Source: Chloroflexota bacterium (lineage in GTDB: Bacteria > Chloroflexota > Dehalococcoidia > Lucifugimonadales > UBA3495). From it: 64,000 nucleotides of DNA. The notes beneath the pieces are model-generated. The model did no database searches. It was not told where the DNA came from and worked only from the letters and a program-made list of their open reading frames with translations. Position numbers and translations under genes: made by a program. Each line of letters begins with the position of its first letter. Within the stretch, counting starts at the first letter, position 1. The stretch spans positions 1-64,000 of the forward strand of contig JAQBVF010000009.1 in assembly GCA_027623675.1 (NCBI GenBank), given 5' to 3'. Shown here piece after piece: positions 41,161-51,320 of this stretch.

Positions 41161-42486
41161 TCAGTCGTCGGCCGGGGCCGGGGCAGGGGTGGTTGAAATG
41201 GTGTCTTCCCAGTTGGGAATCAGTATGCGGTTGGTCGGTTCCATCGACATGATGACTGTGGCCCCGGCCAAGCTGGTTAGGGTGGAGACCAGGATGGTCG
41301 CGGTGTAGGAGTCGAACAGCCAGAAGAGGGCGCCGCCCACCCAGGCGCCCATGGCCATGCCCGAGCCGGCGCCGAACTGTTGCCAGCCGAAGGATGAACC
41401 CATCGGCCCGCGGCCAAAATACTGGCGGTTTATCACAGGGAAGGCCGATCCCTCGCCGCCGTAGCCGATGCCGAAGATCACCGCGAACATGTAGAACTGC
41501 CAAGGCTCCTGCGCCCAAAAAAGCATCAATACCGGCAGCCCCTGCCACACAAAAGCGGTGGCCATGGTGCCCCGGGCGCCGATGTAATCGGAGATGACCG
41601 GAGTAAGGAATCTGGTGGTCACGCTAACCAGGGCCAAGGTGCTGAGGACTCCCGCGGCCGTCACCTGATTCACACCCGCCAGCACGGCGATGGGGATGAT
41701 GTATATGATGACGATCGCGTGGCTAACGCAACCCAGGAAATGGATCGACACCAGCTTCCAAAAGGTGTGCGTCGATTGCATACTGGTGCGGAACGCCTTG
41801 ACCCGTGCCCGCTCTCCCACCGGGTCCCGCTTCGTGATCAGGGGTTCCGAGTCAGGCGCGCCGAAAGCCCTGCCGCCGATGTCCGAAGGCTGGTTCCGGA
41901 AGAAGGCCATCAAGAGCACCATGATGATGCCGCCGACGACGGCGATGGACCAGAACGCCGATTTCCAGGAAGCTTCCGTAAGCAGAATGCTGACCACGAT
42001 GGCCATCACCGCCGGGCCAAGTCCGTGGGACGCCTGTAGGAAGCCCACCCCATAACCGAGGTGGGTGCGGAACCAATAGGAGGCGGTGGTGATGATCGGG
42101 ACGTTGAAACAGGCTTGGGCCACCCCCAAGAACAGTCCGTAGGATATCCAGAGGTGCCAAACTTCGGACACAACCCCGGTCATCGCCGCCCCGACGGCGA
42201 AGGTGAAAACGCCAACCATGATGACCTTGCGCGCGCCGTAACGGTCGGTGCAGATGCCACTGAGAGGCGCCAATAGCGCGCCGGTGATACTGGCCAAGGA
42301 GTAGGCCAAGGTGACGGTGGCCGGGCTCCAGCCCATATCATCCTGCAACGGTACGATGAGCACGCCGAACGCCTGCCGGATGGACCCGCCAGCCATGTGC
42401 ATGAAAGCCGCGATGGCGATGACGATCCAGGCGTAATGGATCCGGCTGGTCAGGCCGAACGCAGCTTTATTTGTGATTCGTAACAT
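41161..42486 (-). CDS. MFS transporter, paralog of 11561-12943 (start uncertain, 42486-42525)
   Basis: DRYGARK motif; shared HxLGCxxH and xLIPxWED...ADD tail. Confidence 0.88.
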   Translation of the reverse strand: MLRITNKAAFGLTSRIHYAWIVIAIAAFMHMAGGSIRQAFGVLIVPLQDDMGWSPATVTLAYSLASITGALLAPLSGICTDRYGARKVIMVGVFTFAVGAAMTGVVSEVWHLWISYGLFLGVAQACFNVPIITTASYWFRTHLGYGVGFLQASHGLGPAVMAIVVSILLTEASWKSAFWSIAVVGGIIMVLLMAFFRNQPSDIGGRAFGAPDSEPLITKRDPVGERARVKAFRTSMQSTHTFWKLVSIHFLGCVSHAIVIIYIIPIAVLAGVNQVTAAGVLSTLALVSVTTRFLTPVISDYIGARGTMATAFVWQGLPVLMLFWAQEPWQFYMFAVIFGIGYGGEGSAFPVINRQYFGRGPMGSSFGWQQFGAGSGMAMGAWVGGALFWLFDSYTATILVSTLTSLAGATVIMSMEPTNRILIPNWEDTISTTPAPAPADD

Positions 42487-42496
42487 AAACAGGGCC

Positions 42497-42550
42497 ATTC
42501 TGCGCCTACCGTATACCCATGTCAATATTGATAAATCGGCATTATCAATA
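42497..42550 (-). promoter_or_regulatory. Promoter with upstream AT-rich inverted repeat operator
   Basis: Minus strand TTGACA (42525-42520)-17 bp-CAGAAT; tattgataa-N7-ttatcaata at 42526-42550. Confidence 0.5.
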
Positions 42551-42663
42551 TCAATTCGCCAGCGATTACATCGTTACGCCGGCGATTTTTGTGACATCGG
42601 GTATGATTCCCGGCAAGGCAGACCGCGACCTAACGGAAGAACAAGCCTAAGGGCCGGCCACGC

Positions 42664-43431
42664 CTAGAGCGCGGCTTCGACCCGTTTCTTGAAATCTTCG
42701 CCGGCCAGACGAAGCAGGCCCTGGGATGAAACGGTAATGAAGTCGGCCCCCAGGTTGATGAACTCGGCCACTCCAGCGGCGTCGGCCGGCGAGTTGCCTC
42801 CGGCCCCCACATGTTTTCCCGAGCTCTTTATCTTGGGGATGACCTGCCCCATCAACCTTCGGACCTCGGCAGCCCCTGGATTGCCCATGCTCTGTCCCAA
42901 GTCACCGGCAGCCACGTGGAGCACGTCCACGCCGGGAACCGCCAGGATGGCATCCAGGTTATCCACCGCTTCCGTTTCCTCGACCATTGGAATCACCAAG
43001 ACCTGAGAGTTGATCCACTTGGCGGATTCTTCCCGGCCAACTCCAACCCCGTAGTCGTGGGCGCGCCCGCCTGCCACGCCCCGGCGTCCCTCCGGGTAGT
43101 AACGCGCGGCCTGGGCCACCGACTGGGCGTCTTCGGCGGTGTTGATGTGAGGCACGATGATTCCCTGCACGCCCCGGTCCAAGAAACGCAGTATGGTAGC
43201 GTCGGCGTGGTCCGGGATCCGGGCGATGGGGGTGATGCCGAAAACCTCCGCCGCCCGGACCATGTGCTCCACCTGGTCCAGGTCCATGGGGCCGTGCTCG
43301 CAATCGATCATCACGAAGTCGTAGCCGATAGCGCCGAATATCTCGACGATGTCTGGGGCGAAGCGGCTGACAATGGCGCCGTAGACCACTTTGCCCTCGG
43401 CCAGTTTTGCCTTGGTTGTGTTGGTTCGCAT
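42664..43431 (-). CDS. HpcH/HpaI aldolase family
   Basis: GYDFVMIDCEHG, LDRGVQGIIVPH, YYPEGRRG, MVE..EAVDNLDAI. Confidence 0.92.
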   Translation of the reverse strand: MRTNTTKAKLAEGKVVYGAIVSRFAPDIVEIFGAIGYDFVMIDCEHGPMDLDQVEHMVRAAEVFGITPIARIPDHADATILRFLDRGVQGIIVPHINTAEDAQSVAQAARYYPEGRRGVAGGRAHDYGVGVGREESAKWINSQVLVIPMVEETEAVDNLDAILAVPGVDVLHVAAGDLGQSMGNPGAAEVRRLMGQVIPKIKSSGKHVGAGGNSPADAAGVAEFINLGADFITVSSQGLLRLAGEDFKKRVEAAL

Positions 43432-43508
43432 GGTGTGTGGAATCCTCTCCGATGATTGAAATGTTATCTCTATAATTTCTGGTATCTATGAGCCCCAGAC
43501 TCAAACAG

Positions 43509-43638
43509 TTGACAAGATGTCTTCCCGCATGCTATGATAGCGGAGCGTTGTCACAAATTGGTGGCGGCGCTCTTTTTTTGCCCTTTTATCTGGCGCTTAC
43601 ATCTGCTCACTCAAGTCCCTCAACCGAGGGGCTTTTTT
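43509..43638 (+). ncRNA. Candidate small RNA: promoter followed by two hairpin/U-tract units
   Basis: TTGACA-18-(TG)TATGAT; gagcgttgtcac/gtggcggcgctc+T7; aagtccctc/gaggggctt+T-run; no credible ORF. Confidence 0.4.
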
Positions 43639-43651
43639 GTTGGCCGGGATC

Positions 43652-44651
43652 CTACTGATCGGTGGCCGATTCGGGGCCGCCGGCGAACCCAGGCATCACG
43701 TCCTTGGCGAAGCGCCGCAATGTGGGGATACTGGCCGGACAGTTCAGCAACACGTACTCCACCCCGATATCGTGGAGGGCCTGGATCTGTCCGCTAACGT
43801 GGTCCGCCGACCCATAGATGGTCCCCGCCTCGGCGCCCTCGCGCGTGTCTTGGAAATTAGCCTGCTGGGCCAGAGCTTGGGTCCGGCGGCGGGCGGCTAT
43901 GCGCGACTCGATGGCCCGGTCGTAATCGGACTGAGATTCGATGATATTCACGGAACGCGCCACCGCCACGCTCATGGGGTCGAAGGTGCGCCCCAGGGAC
44001 TCTACCTCCGCTTTGAAAAGGGCGACTTCCTCGGCAATCATCTCGAATGAATCGAATTGGCCCAGCAGCATGTTGAACCCCAGCTTGGCGACCTGCTTGA
44101 TGGACCTGGGGCTGCCAGCCCCCATCCGCAGCTGTGGATGGGGGCTGCTGGACGCTGGGCGGCTCGACCACCACGTCGTGGTACCGCCAGTAGGTCCCTT
44201 GGTGCGACCACGGTGCGTCCGACGTCCAGGACTTCAGCAGCACCTCCAGGCACTCCTCGAAGCGAGCGTCCGCCTCATCCATTGACATGCAGAACCCCTC
44301 GAATTCGCTGCGGCGGTACCCCTTGCCGATCCCGGCGTCGACCCGGCCGTTGGACAGCAGGTCCAGTGTGGCGATCTGTTCCGCCAGCAGGACCGGGTTG
44401 TGCCAAGGAAGCACGATGACCGCCGTGCCCAAACGCAAAGTGGTCGTGCGCGCCCCGATCCAGGTGAGCAGGTTCAATGTCGCCGACACCTGCCCAAAGC
44501 CGGTGAAGTGGTGTTCCACCAGGAACGTGCTGTGATAGCCCAGCGACTCTGCCTCAACGTTGCGCTCGACAAACTCGCGGAATCCCGCGCCGCTATCCAC
44601 ATTTGGCCCGCCGCGGCCCGCCTGTGCGCTCCCGAACATCCCGAATCGCAT
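43652..44651 (-). pseudogene. Luciferase-like (LLM) flavin monooxygenase, frameshifted near 44140-44144
   Basis: EHHF, LRLGTAVIVLPWHNP..LAEQIATLDLLSNGR in one frame; C-terminal half in another frame after a C5 run. Confidence 0.85.
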
Positions 44652-44699
44652 GGTCTCTCCTGATCTTGGTGTACCGCCTATTGGTCTGAGAGCCGGGCG

Positions 44700-46487
44700 T
44701 CAGCCACCGCTGTGCTGCCGGTAGCGGTTCACTATGGGCAGGCGCCGGTCCTTTCCGAAGGCCCGGTGGGTTATCTTGACTCCCGGTGCGGCTTGGCGGC
44801 GCTTGTACTCGTTGCGGTCGACGGCGGCCATCACCTGGCGGACCACCTGGGGGTCCATCCCCTGGTCCACCATGTCCTGATAGCTGAGGTCATCCTCCAC
44901 GTAGGCCTGCACCACTGGGTCCAAAACCTCGTAGGGCGGCAAGCTGTCCGAGTCCAGTTGGTCGTCGCGCAGTTCGGCGCTGGGCGGCTTGTCGATGATG
45001 CTGGCCGGAATCACGCCGTCCCGAGTCCCGAAAGCCTGGCCCTGACCATTTCGCCAGCGGCATAGCTCGTAGACCTTGGTCTTAGGCACGTCCTTCAACA
45101 CGGCAAAGCCGCCGGCCATGTCGCCATATAACGTGGCGTAACCCATGGCCATCTCCGACTTGTTACCCGTGGTGAGCACGATCCACCCGAATTTGTTGGA
45201 CACGGTCATCAGCACGTTGCCCCGCACCCTGGCCTGTACGTTCTCCTCGGCCACGTTTGGGTCTGTCGCCTTAAACCGGTCCTTCAGCATGTCCTCGAAG
45301 GCGCGGTGGGCCGGCTCGATGGGCACCTCCCATAGCTCCATGCCCAGGTTCTTGGCCAGCGTTTCCGAGTCGCCGATGCTCCCCTGGGAGGAATACCGGG
45401 ACGGCATGGTGATTCCGACCACGTTCTCCTTGCCCAAGGCGTCCACGGCGACCACGGCGGTCAGGGCCGAGTCCACCCCGCCCGACAGGCCGACGAGCGC
45501 CTTGGAGAAGCCCGACTTTCGGAGATAGTCGCCGGTGCCCATGACCAAGGCGCGGTAGACCTCTTCGGGGCCGTTGATGGCGTCGGCGATGGTCTTGCCC
45601 GGCAGCGGCGTTTTACTTGCGGTTCCGGGGCCGGAGACGGTCATGGCTTTGGGCGTGCCCACGGCTGCGACAGCCGCGCTCGTAACGCCGGCCGGACCCT
45701 GCTTCCGGCTGGCTGGAGCGTCCTGGAATTCCAGGTCGGTCACGATCAGCGCCTCTTCGAAAGAGGGGCCGCGGGCCAACAGTTCGCCGGCCGAATCATA
45801 GATGATGCTGCCGCCGTCGAAGACCAGTTCATCCTGCCCGCCAACCGTGTTCACGTAAGCGACGGTCAGTCCGTGGTCCACGGCGCGTTGGGCGATCATA
45901 TCTTCCCGAAATGCGCGTTTGCCCGCCTGGAACGGCGAGGCGTTGATGTTGACGATCAGTTCGGCCCCGGCTCGGCACTGGACCGTCGTCGGCCCCACCG
46001 GATACCAGATGTCTTCGCAGATATTCACCCCGATGGACACCCCCTCGACGCGATACACCGGACAGACCGAGCCCCTCTGGAAATAACGCTGTTCGTCGAA
46101 CACGCCGTAGTTGGGCAGAAATATCTTGTGGTAGGTGTCCACGACCCGCCCGTCATGGGCCAGGGCGGCGGCGTTGGCGATCGGAATGCCCATGTCTTCG
46201 GGCCCGCGGTCATGGGAAAGTATGTTCACGTAGCCGATGACCGCCGTGATGCCCTTGGCGGCGGCGGCGATCTTTTCCATGGCGCCCACGTTTTCGGTCA
46301 GGAAAGAGGTCTTGAAGAGCAGGTCTTCGGGAGGGTAACCCGTGGTGGCCATCTCGGGGAAGGCAACCAAGTCGGCCTGGGCCTCGCGGGCGCGTTCCAG
46401 GTACTCAAGAATCTTGGCGGTGTTGCCGGCGATGTCTCCGACAGTTGGGTTGATCTGCGCCAGCGCCAGGCGTAAGGTCCGTGCCAT
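44700..46487 (-). CDS. nadE: Glutamine-dependent NAD+ synthetase
   Basis: FPEM..GYPPEDL, LPNYGVFDE, ICEDIW, GLSGGVDS, TGNKSE..GYATLYGD, PSAEL. Confidence 0.97.
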   Translation of the reverse strand: MARTLRLALAQINPTVGDIAGNTAKILEYLERAREAQADLVAFPEMATTGYPPEDLLFKTSFLTENVGAMEKIAAAAKGITAVIGYVNILSHDRGPEDMGIPIANAAALAHDGRVVDTYHKIFLPNYGVFDEQRYFQRGSVCPVYRVEGVSIGVNICEDIWYPVGPTTVQCRAGAELIVNINASPFQAGKRAFREDMIAQRAVDHGLTVAYVNTVGGQDELVFDGGSIIYDSAGELLARGPSFEEALIVTDLEFQDAPASRKQGPAGVTSAAVAAVGTPKAMTVSGPGTASKTPLPGKTIADAINGPEEVYRALVMGTGDYLRKSGFSKALVGLSGGVDSALTAVVAVDALGKENVVGITMPSRYSSQGSIGDSETLAKNLGMELWEVPIEPAHRAFEDMLKDRFKATDPNVAEENVQARVRGNVLMTVSNKFGWIVLTTGNKSEMAMGYATLYGDMAGGFAVLKDVPKTKVYELCRWRNGQGQAFGTRDGVIPASIIDKPPSAELRDDQLDSDSLPPYEVLDPVVQAYVEDDLSYQDMVDQGMDPQVVRQVMAAVDRNEYKRRQAAPGVKITHRAFGKDRRLPIVNRYRQHSGG

Positions 46488-46662
46488 CTACATCCTCATT
46501 TGGGCTTGAGCCGAGTATACAGACTTCCAAATCGACATGCCAATCCAACCGGCCTTCGGCCCAGCGGCGGGCCGGTGGTGGACAAGCATTGCCTGCCAAG
46601 GCTAACATTCGGACACCGAATACGGACGCCGAGCACGGGTACAAACACACAGGAGAAGAACC

Positions 46663-47058
46663 ATGGAATACGCCATCAACCATGTCCACATCAGGGCCGC
46701 CGACCCCAGGGCGTCCGCAGCCTGGTACGAGAAGATATTCAACGCCAAGATCGTTTCGGAGCGCGAGGTAATGCCCGGCACCGTCACCATCGGCATGCAG
46801 GTGGGCGGCCCGACCCGGCTGAACATCTCCTCACAGCCCCAGGGTTCGTCACCCAAACGTGCCTCCGCCGAACTCAACCAGTTGGGCCTGGAGCATTTTG
46901 GATTCCATGTGGAAGACCTGGCGGCGGAGATGACGCGGCTGGAGGCCGAGGGTATCCGCGTGGTGCTGCCCCTTACCGTCACGCCCCAGGGCATCAAACT
47001 CGCCTACATCGAAGGCCCGGACGACGTCCTGATCGAGCTTGTCCAGGCCGCCGCTTAA
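46663..47058 (+). CDS. VOC/glyoxalase family protein
   Basis: INHVHI, GLEHFGFHVED, YIEGPDDVLIEL. Confidence 0.9.
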   Translation: MEYAINHVHIRAADPRASAAWYEKIFNAKIVSEREVMPGTVTIGMQVGGPTRLNISSQPQGSSPKRASAELNQLGLEHFGFHVEDLAAEMTRLEAEGIRVVLPLTVTPQGIKLAYIEGPDDVLIELVQAAA

Positions 47059-47106
47059 CAACTAGACCCGCCTAGATATAGATATAGATTAATAAGGTTG
47101 GATCCA

Positions 47107-48777
47107 ATGTCCCAAATGATGACCGGCAAACAGGCGCTGCTGGAGATGCTGAAAGTGGAGGGAGTGAAACACATCTTCGGCAATCCCGGCACCAGCGAAG
47201 CTCCCATAATCGACATGCTCGGCGACTACCCCGAATTTCAGTACTTCCTCACGCTGCAGGAAAGCGTCGCCATGGGCATGGGCGAGGCCTACGCTAGAGC
47301 CACTGAGAAGCCGTCCTTCGTTAGCTTGCATGTGGACAGCGGGCTGGCCAACGGCATCGCCATCATGCTGGACGCCCTGAACACGGGCACGCCCATGGTG
47401 GTGACCTCCGCCAACTACGACGCCCGCAAGATCAACGAGACCAAGACCGATCTGGCGGAACTGGTCCGCCCGGCCACCAAGTGGTCGGTGGAACTCAACC
47501 TGCCGGACCAGATCCCCTCGGCCATCCGCCGGGCGTTCATCGAGGCCAACAGCCACCCCAAGGGTCCGGTCTACGTCGGGTTCACCGCCAACGCCCTGGA
47601 GGGTGAGGCCGAGATGAACATCGTGCCGTCCAGCAAGGTACACGACGCCTACCGGCCCGACCTCCAGGCCATCGGGGAAGCGGCGTCGCTGCTGCTGGCG
47701 GCCAAGCAGCCCATGCTGATCGTCGGCGACCGGGTGTCCGAGGACCACGCCAACGACCAAGCGGTGGAACTGGCCGAGCTGCTGGGCCTGCCGGTCTACC
47801 AGTCCCGGGGCGCCGAGGTTTCCTTCCCGACCACCCATCCCCAGTTCTTCGGCAACCACACCCTGCGGGTCGCCCGGGGCCGTGAGGTGCTGGAGGAGAT
47901 GGACCTGGTGCTGGCCGTGGGCATGGACGCCATGGACGAATTGTTCTATTGGGGTGACATCATCCTTGGCCCCAACACCAAGTTGATCCACATCGACCCC
48001 ATCCCAGGCCGGGTTGGCCGTTCGGAACCCACCGATGTGGGCATCATTTCCCACTGCAGGCTGGGCCTGGAAGACCTGCTGGCCGCCATCAAGCCCCAGC
48101 TCACCCCGGCCCTGGAGCGGGAGATTGAAGCCCGCAAAGCCGAGGTCACGGCGGAGGCGGCGGCCAAGCGGAAGGCCTTCGATGACTCTGTCGCCGCCAA
48201 ATGGGACCAGAAACCCATGACTCCGGCGCGGATGATGTCGGAGTTGGCCGACGCCATCCCCGACAACGCCATCGTGGTGGACGACTCCATCAGCAACCGG
48301 GCGACCATGCGCCATTACTTCCAGGGCCAGAAACGGGGCGACCTGCGGGCGTTCCGGGGCCAGTCGATCGGCGGCGGCATCGGCACGACCATGGGCACCC
48401 AGGTGGCCAACCCCGGCCGGCCCGTGTTCGGCATCATCGGCGACGGCAGCGCCATGATGACCATCCAAGGCCTGTGGACTGCGGCCAACGACAACATCCC
48501 CTGCATCTTCGTCATCTGCAACAACGGCATGTACCGCGTCTTGAAGGTCAACTTCGACGTGTACCAGCGGGACGTGTTGCATCAGGAGGAATCGGCGGGC
48601 GCCAACCTGCCGTACTCCGACTTCCCCACTCCCTTCGACGTGGCGGCCATCGCATCCAGCATGGGCGTCCACGGCGAACGCATCACCGACCCCGCCGAGA
48701 TCGCTCCAGCCGTGCAGCGCGCCGTGGCGTCTGGCAAACCGGCGGTGCTGGACATAGTCATCGACGGGTCCTTCTAG
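47107..48777 (+). CDS. ThDP-dependent enzyme, benzoylformate decarboxylase-like
   Basis: IFGNPGTSE, LQESVA, GDGS...NN ThDP motif. Confidence 0.92.
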   Translation: MSQMMTGKQALLEMLKVEGVKHIFGNPGTSEAPIIDMLGDYPEFQYFLTLQESVAMGMGEAYARATEKPSFVSLHVDSGLANGIAIMLDALNTGTPMVVTSANYDARKINETKTDLAELVRPATKWSVELNLPDQIPSAIRRAFIEANSHPKGPVYVGFTANALEGEAEMNIVPSSKVHDAYRPDLQAIGEAASLLLAAKQPMLIVGDRVSEDHANDQAVELAELLGLPVYQSRGAEVSFPTTHPQFFGNHTLRVARGREVLEEMDLVLAVGMDAMDELFYWGDIILGPNTKLIHIDPIPGRVGRSEPTDVGIISHCRLGLEDLLAAIKPQLTPALEREIEARKAEVTAEAAAKRKAFDDSVAAKWDQKPMTPARMMSELADAIPDNAIVVDDSISNRATMRHYFQGQKRGDLRAFRGQSIGGGIGTTMGTQVANPGRPVFGIIGDGSAMMTIQGLWTAANDNIPCIFVICNNGMYRVLKVNFDVYQRDVLHQEESAGANLPYSDFPTPFDVAAIASSMGVHGERITDPAEIAPAVQRAVASGKPAVLDIVIDGSF

Positions 48778-48853
48778 GCCGGAGCGGTCCGGTGAAAGGG
48801 TGTCAGGACAGAAACAGATGACCTAGGCAGGCGGGGGTAGACAGAGGTAAACG

Positions 48854-49351
48854 ATGGAAGCTGAGTTGGATATCTTTCAGACCGTGGTAGCCAAGGCGGC
48901 CGGCATCTCACCCGGCGGCCCATTGGCAGCGGTTTTCGCCGGCCGCCGCGACATCATGGAGTTGACCGAGCGGTCCCACAACGCCTCGCTCAAGCCCAAC
49001 AACCCTGGCGGGCTGAGCCATTCCGAGCGGGCGGCGCTGGCCTGCCGCATCGCCAAGCTGAACAACGAACCAGAACTGGCCCGGCACTACGAAGGCCTGA
49101 TGGACGGCGAGAACCATGGCCTGGCCGATACCGGGTTCGACGGCGGAAGTGACGCCCGGTTGAAAGCCATGCTCCGGCACACCGACTTGGTGACCCTGGA
49201 TCCCAAGTCCGCCGTGGCAAGCGACGTATCCGCACTCCGGGCGGTGGGAATGAACGACCCGGATATCGTCCGGCTGTCCCAGTTGATTGCCTTCGTGAGC
49301 TACCAGATACGGGTGGTGGCCGGCCTGCGGCTGATGGAGGAGGTGGCATGA
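48854..49351 (+). CDS. CMD/AhpD-like protein (YciW-like, no CxxC)
   Basis: GLSHSERAALA, DIVRLSQLIAFVSYQIRVVAGL. Confidence 0.85.
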   Translation: MEAELDIFQTVVAKAAGISPGGPLAAVFAGRRDIMELTERSHNASLKPNNPGGLSHSERAALACRIAKLNNEPELARHYEGLMDGENHGLADTGFDGGSDARLKAMLRHTDLVTLDPKSAVASDVSALRAVGMNDPDIVRLSQLIAFVSYQIRVVAGLRLMEEVA

Positions 49352-49941
49352 CCGAGCCGCTACGAAGATTCACCACCGTCATCCCCTTCTGGGAGCCCAG
49401 GGTTAAGCCGGTTGTGCTGGAAGAGGCAACCGCGGAACAGTTGGAAGCCATGAAGGTGACCGTCTCGGACACGTCCATCGGCAATTACACCCTGACCCTG
49501 GCCCTTGACCCCGAAACCCTGAAAGAGCGCACCCCTCTCTTCAACGGGATCATGTACGGCCGGGGCGGGCTGTCCCGTCAGGAGACTGAGATGGGGGCGG
49601 TGGCGGCCTCGGTGGTTAACCGCTGCATCTACTGCGCCGCCGTCCACGCCAACCAGTACAACCAGTTGACCAAGGGCGAAGCAGTGATGGACAGCATATT
49701 CGCCTCCGAAAAAGGCGACGGCGCCGGGGAAGCCGATATCGACTCTCGCCAATCGGCGCTGATGAACTTCGCCACCAACCTTTCCCGATCTCCTTCCCAA
49801 GCCACCAGAGAAGACGTGGAGCGCCTGGTAGAGAATGGCATGGGAATGGATGAGGTCTTCGACCTGGTGCTGTCGGCATCCCTGTTCGGCTGGGCCAACC
49901 GCCTGATGCACGTTCTCGGCGACCCCCTGCCCCAAGATTAA
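49348..49941 (+). CDS. AhpD-like peroxidase-related enzyme
   Basis: IMYGRGGLSR..E, NRCIYCAAVHA, FGWANRLMHVLG. Confidence 0.88.
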   Translation: MTEPLRRFTTVIPFWEPRVKPVVLEEATAEQLEAMKVTVSDTSIGNYTLTLALDPETLKERTPLFNGIMYGRGGLSRQETEMGAVAASVVNRCIYCAAVHANQYNQLTKGEAVMDSIFASEKGDGAGEADIDSRQSALMNFATNLSRSPSQATREDVERLVENGMGMDEVFDLVLSASLFGWANRLMHVLGDPLPQD

Positions 49942-49946
49942 AGCCG

Positions 49947-51320
49947 GTGAACTTCGCCCCGTTCCGCGCCCGGATCGCCAATTGGCTGCCGTTCTATTAC
50001 GGCTGGGTGATTCTGTCCACTGTCTCGGTGCCCAGTTTCGGAGCAAGGCCGGTCATGGCCGTGGCCACCCTCTCCGTGTTCGTGGTGCCCATGACCAACG
50101 AGTTCGGTTGGTCGCGGGGGCAATTCTCCGGCGCGGTCAGCCTGGGAGCCCTCTTCGGACTCATCGTCTCGCCCTACGCCGGCAAGCTGGTGGACCGTTA
50201 CGGCTCCGGGGTGATGCTCTCGGCTTCGTCGGCAGTGGTTGGGTGCTGCGCCATCGGACTCTCCCTGATCTCGCCGATCTGGTCTTTCTACGCGCTCTAC
50301 GTCCCCGGACGGGCGGTGTTCTCCAGTCCCCTTGAGTTGGGCACGTCCACGGCGGTCAGCAACTGGTTCATCCGCCGCAGACCCATGGCGCTGGCCTACA
50401 TGGGCATCATCCAGGGTGTGGGTCTCACCATCTTTCCCCTGATCGCCCAGGTGCTGATCAACGGCTGGGGCTGGCGCACGGCCTGGTTGGCGCTGGGGAT
50501 CTTCACCATCAGCAGTGGCATCGCCCCGGCTCTGGTGCTCATGGCGCGCCGTCCCGAGGACATGGGACTGGAGGCCGACCCCGATAAGAAAAACTCGAGT
50601 TCGGCCATCGAAACGCCGGTCTCTCAAGTACAGCCAGCCCAGGATGATTCCATTCCAGCCGGATCTGGCCAAGACCAGGCCAGCCATCGAACCGAATCCG
50701 ACTACACGGTCAAGCAGGCTCTGGCGACCAGGGCATTCTGGATATTGGCGCTCTTCTCGGTGTTCGGCTTCGTGGTGCAGGCCGGAGTCAGCCTCCACCA
50801 GGTGCCCCACTACATCGAACAGGGCGTGCCCACTCATCTGGCTGCATTGACCGCCAGTGTGTTTGCCTTTGGCCAGGTGCCGGGAGGGCTGTTTTGGTCG
50901 ACGCTGGCCCGGCGTGTCCCACTGCGGATATTGCTGGCGGCCTCGGGAGGCGCAATGACCGTGGGGGCCATTGGCACGGGTTTCAGCAGCACGTTATCCG
51001 CCGGACTGCCCATGGGGTTCTTGCTGGGTTTCGGGGTCGGCGGCATCCATCTGCTGCTGCGGCTGACCTGGGCCGACTACTACGGGCGGCTGCACCTGGG
51101 GGCCATTCGAGGGCTGACTCTCCCCGCCCAGATCGGCGGGCAGGCCATGGGACCCATCTTCGCCGGGTTCATGTTCGACGCCACCGGCGGCTATCAGGCG
51201 CCCTTCCTCGTGTTCGGCATCATCGTGGCCATCGGCGGGGTGATGGTGCTCGCGGCCACGCCACCCGGACCGCTCCCCCGGACCAGTGTTTCGGAACAGC
51301 CGGCGGTCAAGCCTGCTTAA
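49947..51320 (+). CDS. MFS transporter
   Basis: FYYGW, GKLVDRYG, WFIRRR, ADYYGR..LGAIRG. Confidence 0.9.
   Translation: MNFAPFRARIANWLPFYYGWVILSTVSVPSFGARPVMAVATLSVFVVPMTNEFGWSRGQFSGAVSLGALFGLIVSPYAGKLVDRYGSGVMLSASSAVVGCCAIGLSLISPIWSFYALYVPGRAVFSSPLELGTSTAVSNWFIRRRPMALAYMGIIQGVGLTIFPLIAQVLINGWGWRTAWLALGIFTISSGIAPALVLMARRPEDMGLEADPDKKNSSSAIETPVSQVQPAQDDSIPAGSGQDQASHRTESDYTVKQALATRAFWILALFSVFGFVVQAGVSLHQVPHYIEQGVPTHLAALTASVFAFGQVPGGLFWSTLARRVPLRILLAASGGAMTVGAIGTGFSSTLSAGLPMGFLLGFGVGGIHLLLRLTWADYYGRLHLGAIRGLTLPAQIGGQAMGPIFAGFMFDATGGYQAPFLVFGIIVAIGGVMVLAATPPGPLPRTSVSEQPAVKPA

Noticed and set aside
44116..44147. Programmed ribosomal frameshift in the LLM gene
   Set aside because: No slippery heptamer, and the Trp-to-Arg change accompanies the indel, which fits a mutation or artefact better.
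47089..48672. Long antisense ORFs (also 22962-24245, 36970-38937, 57186-58085)
   Set aside because: Shadows of high-GC genes on the opposite strand, with no motifs.
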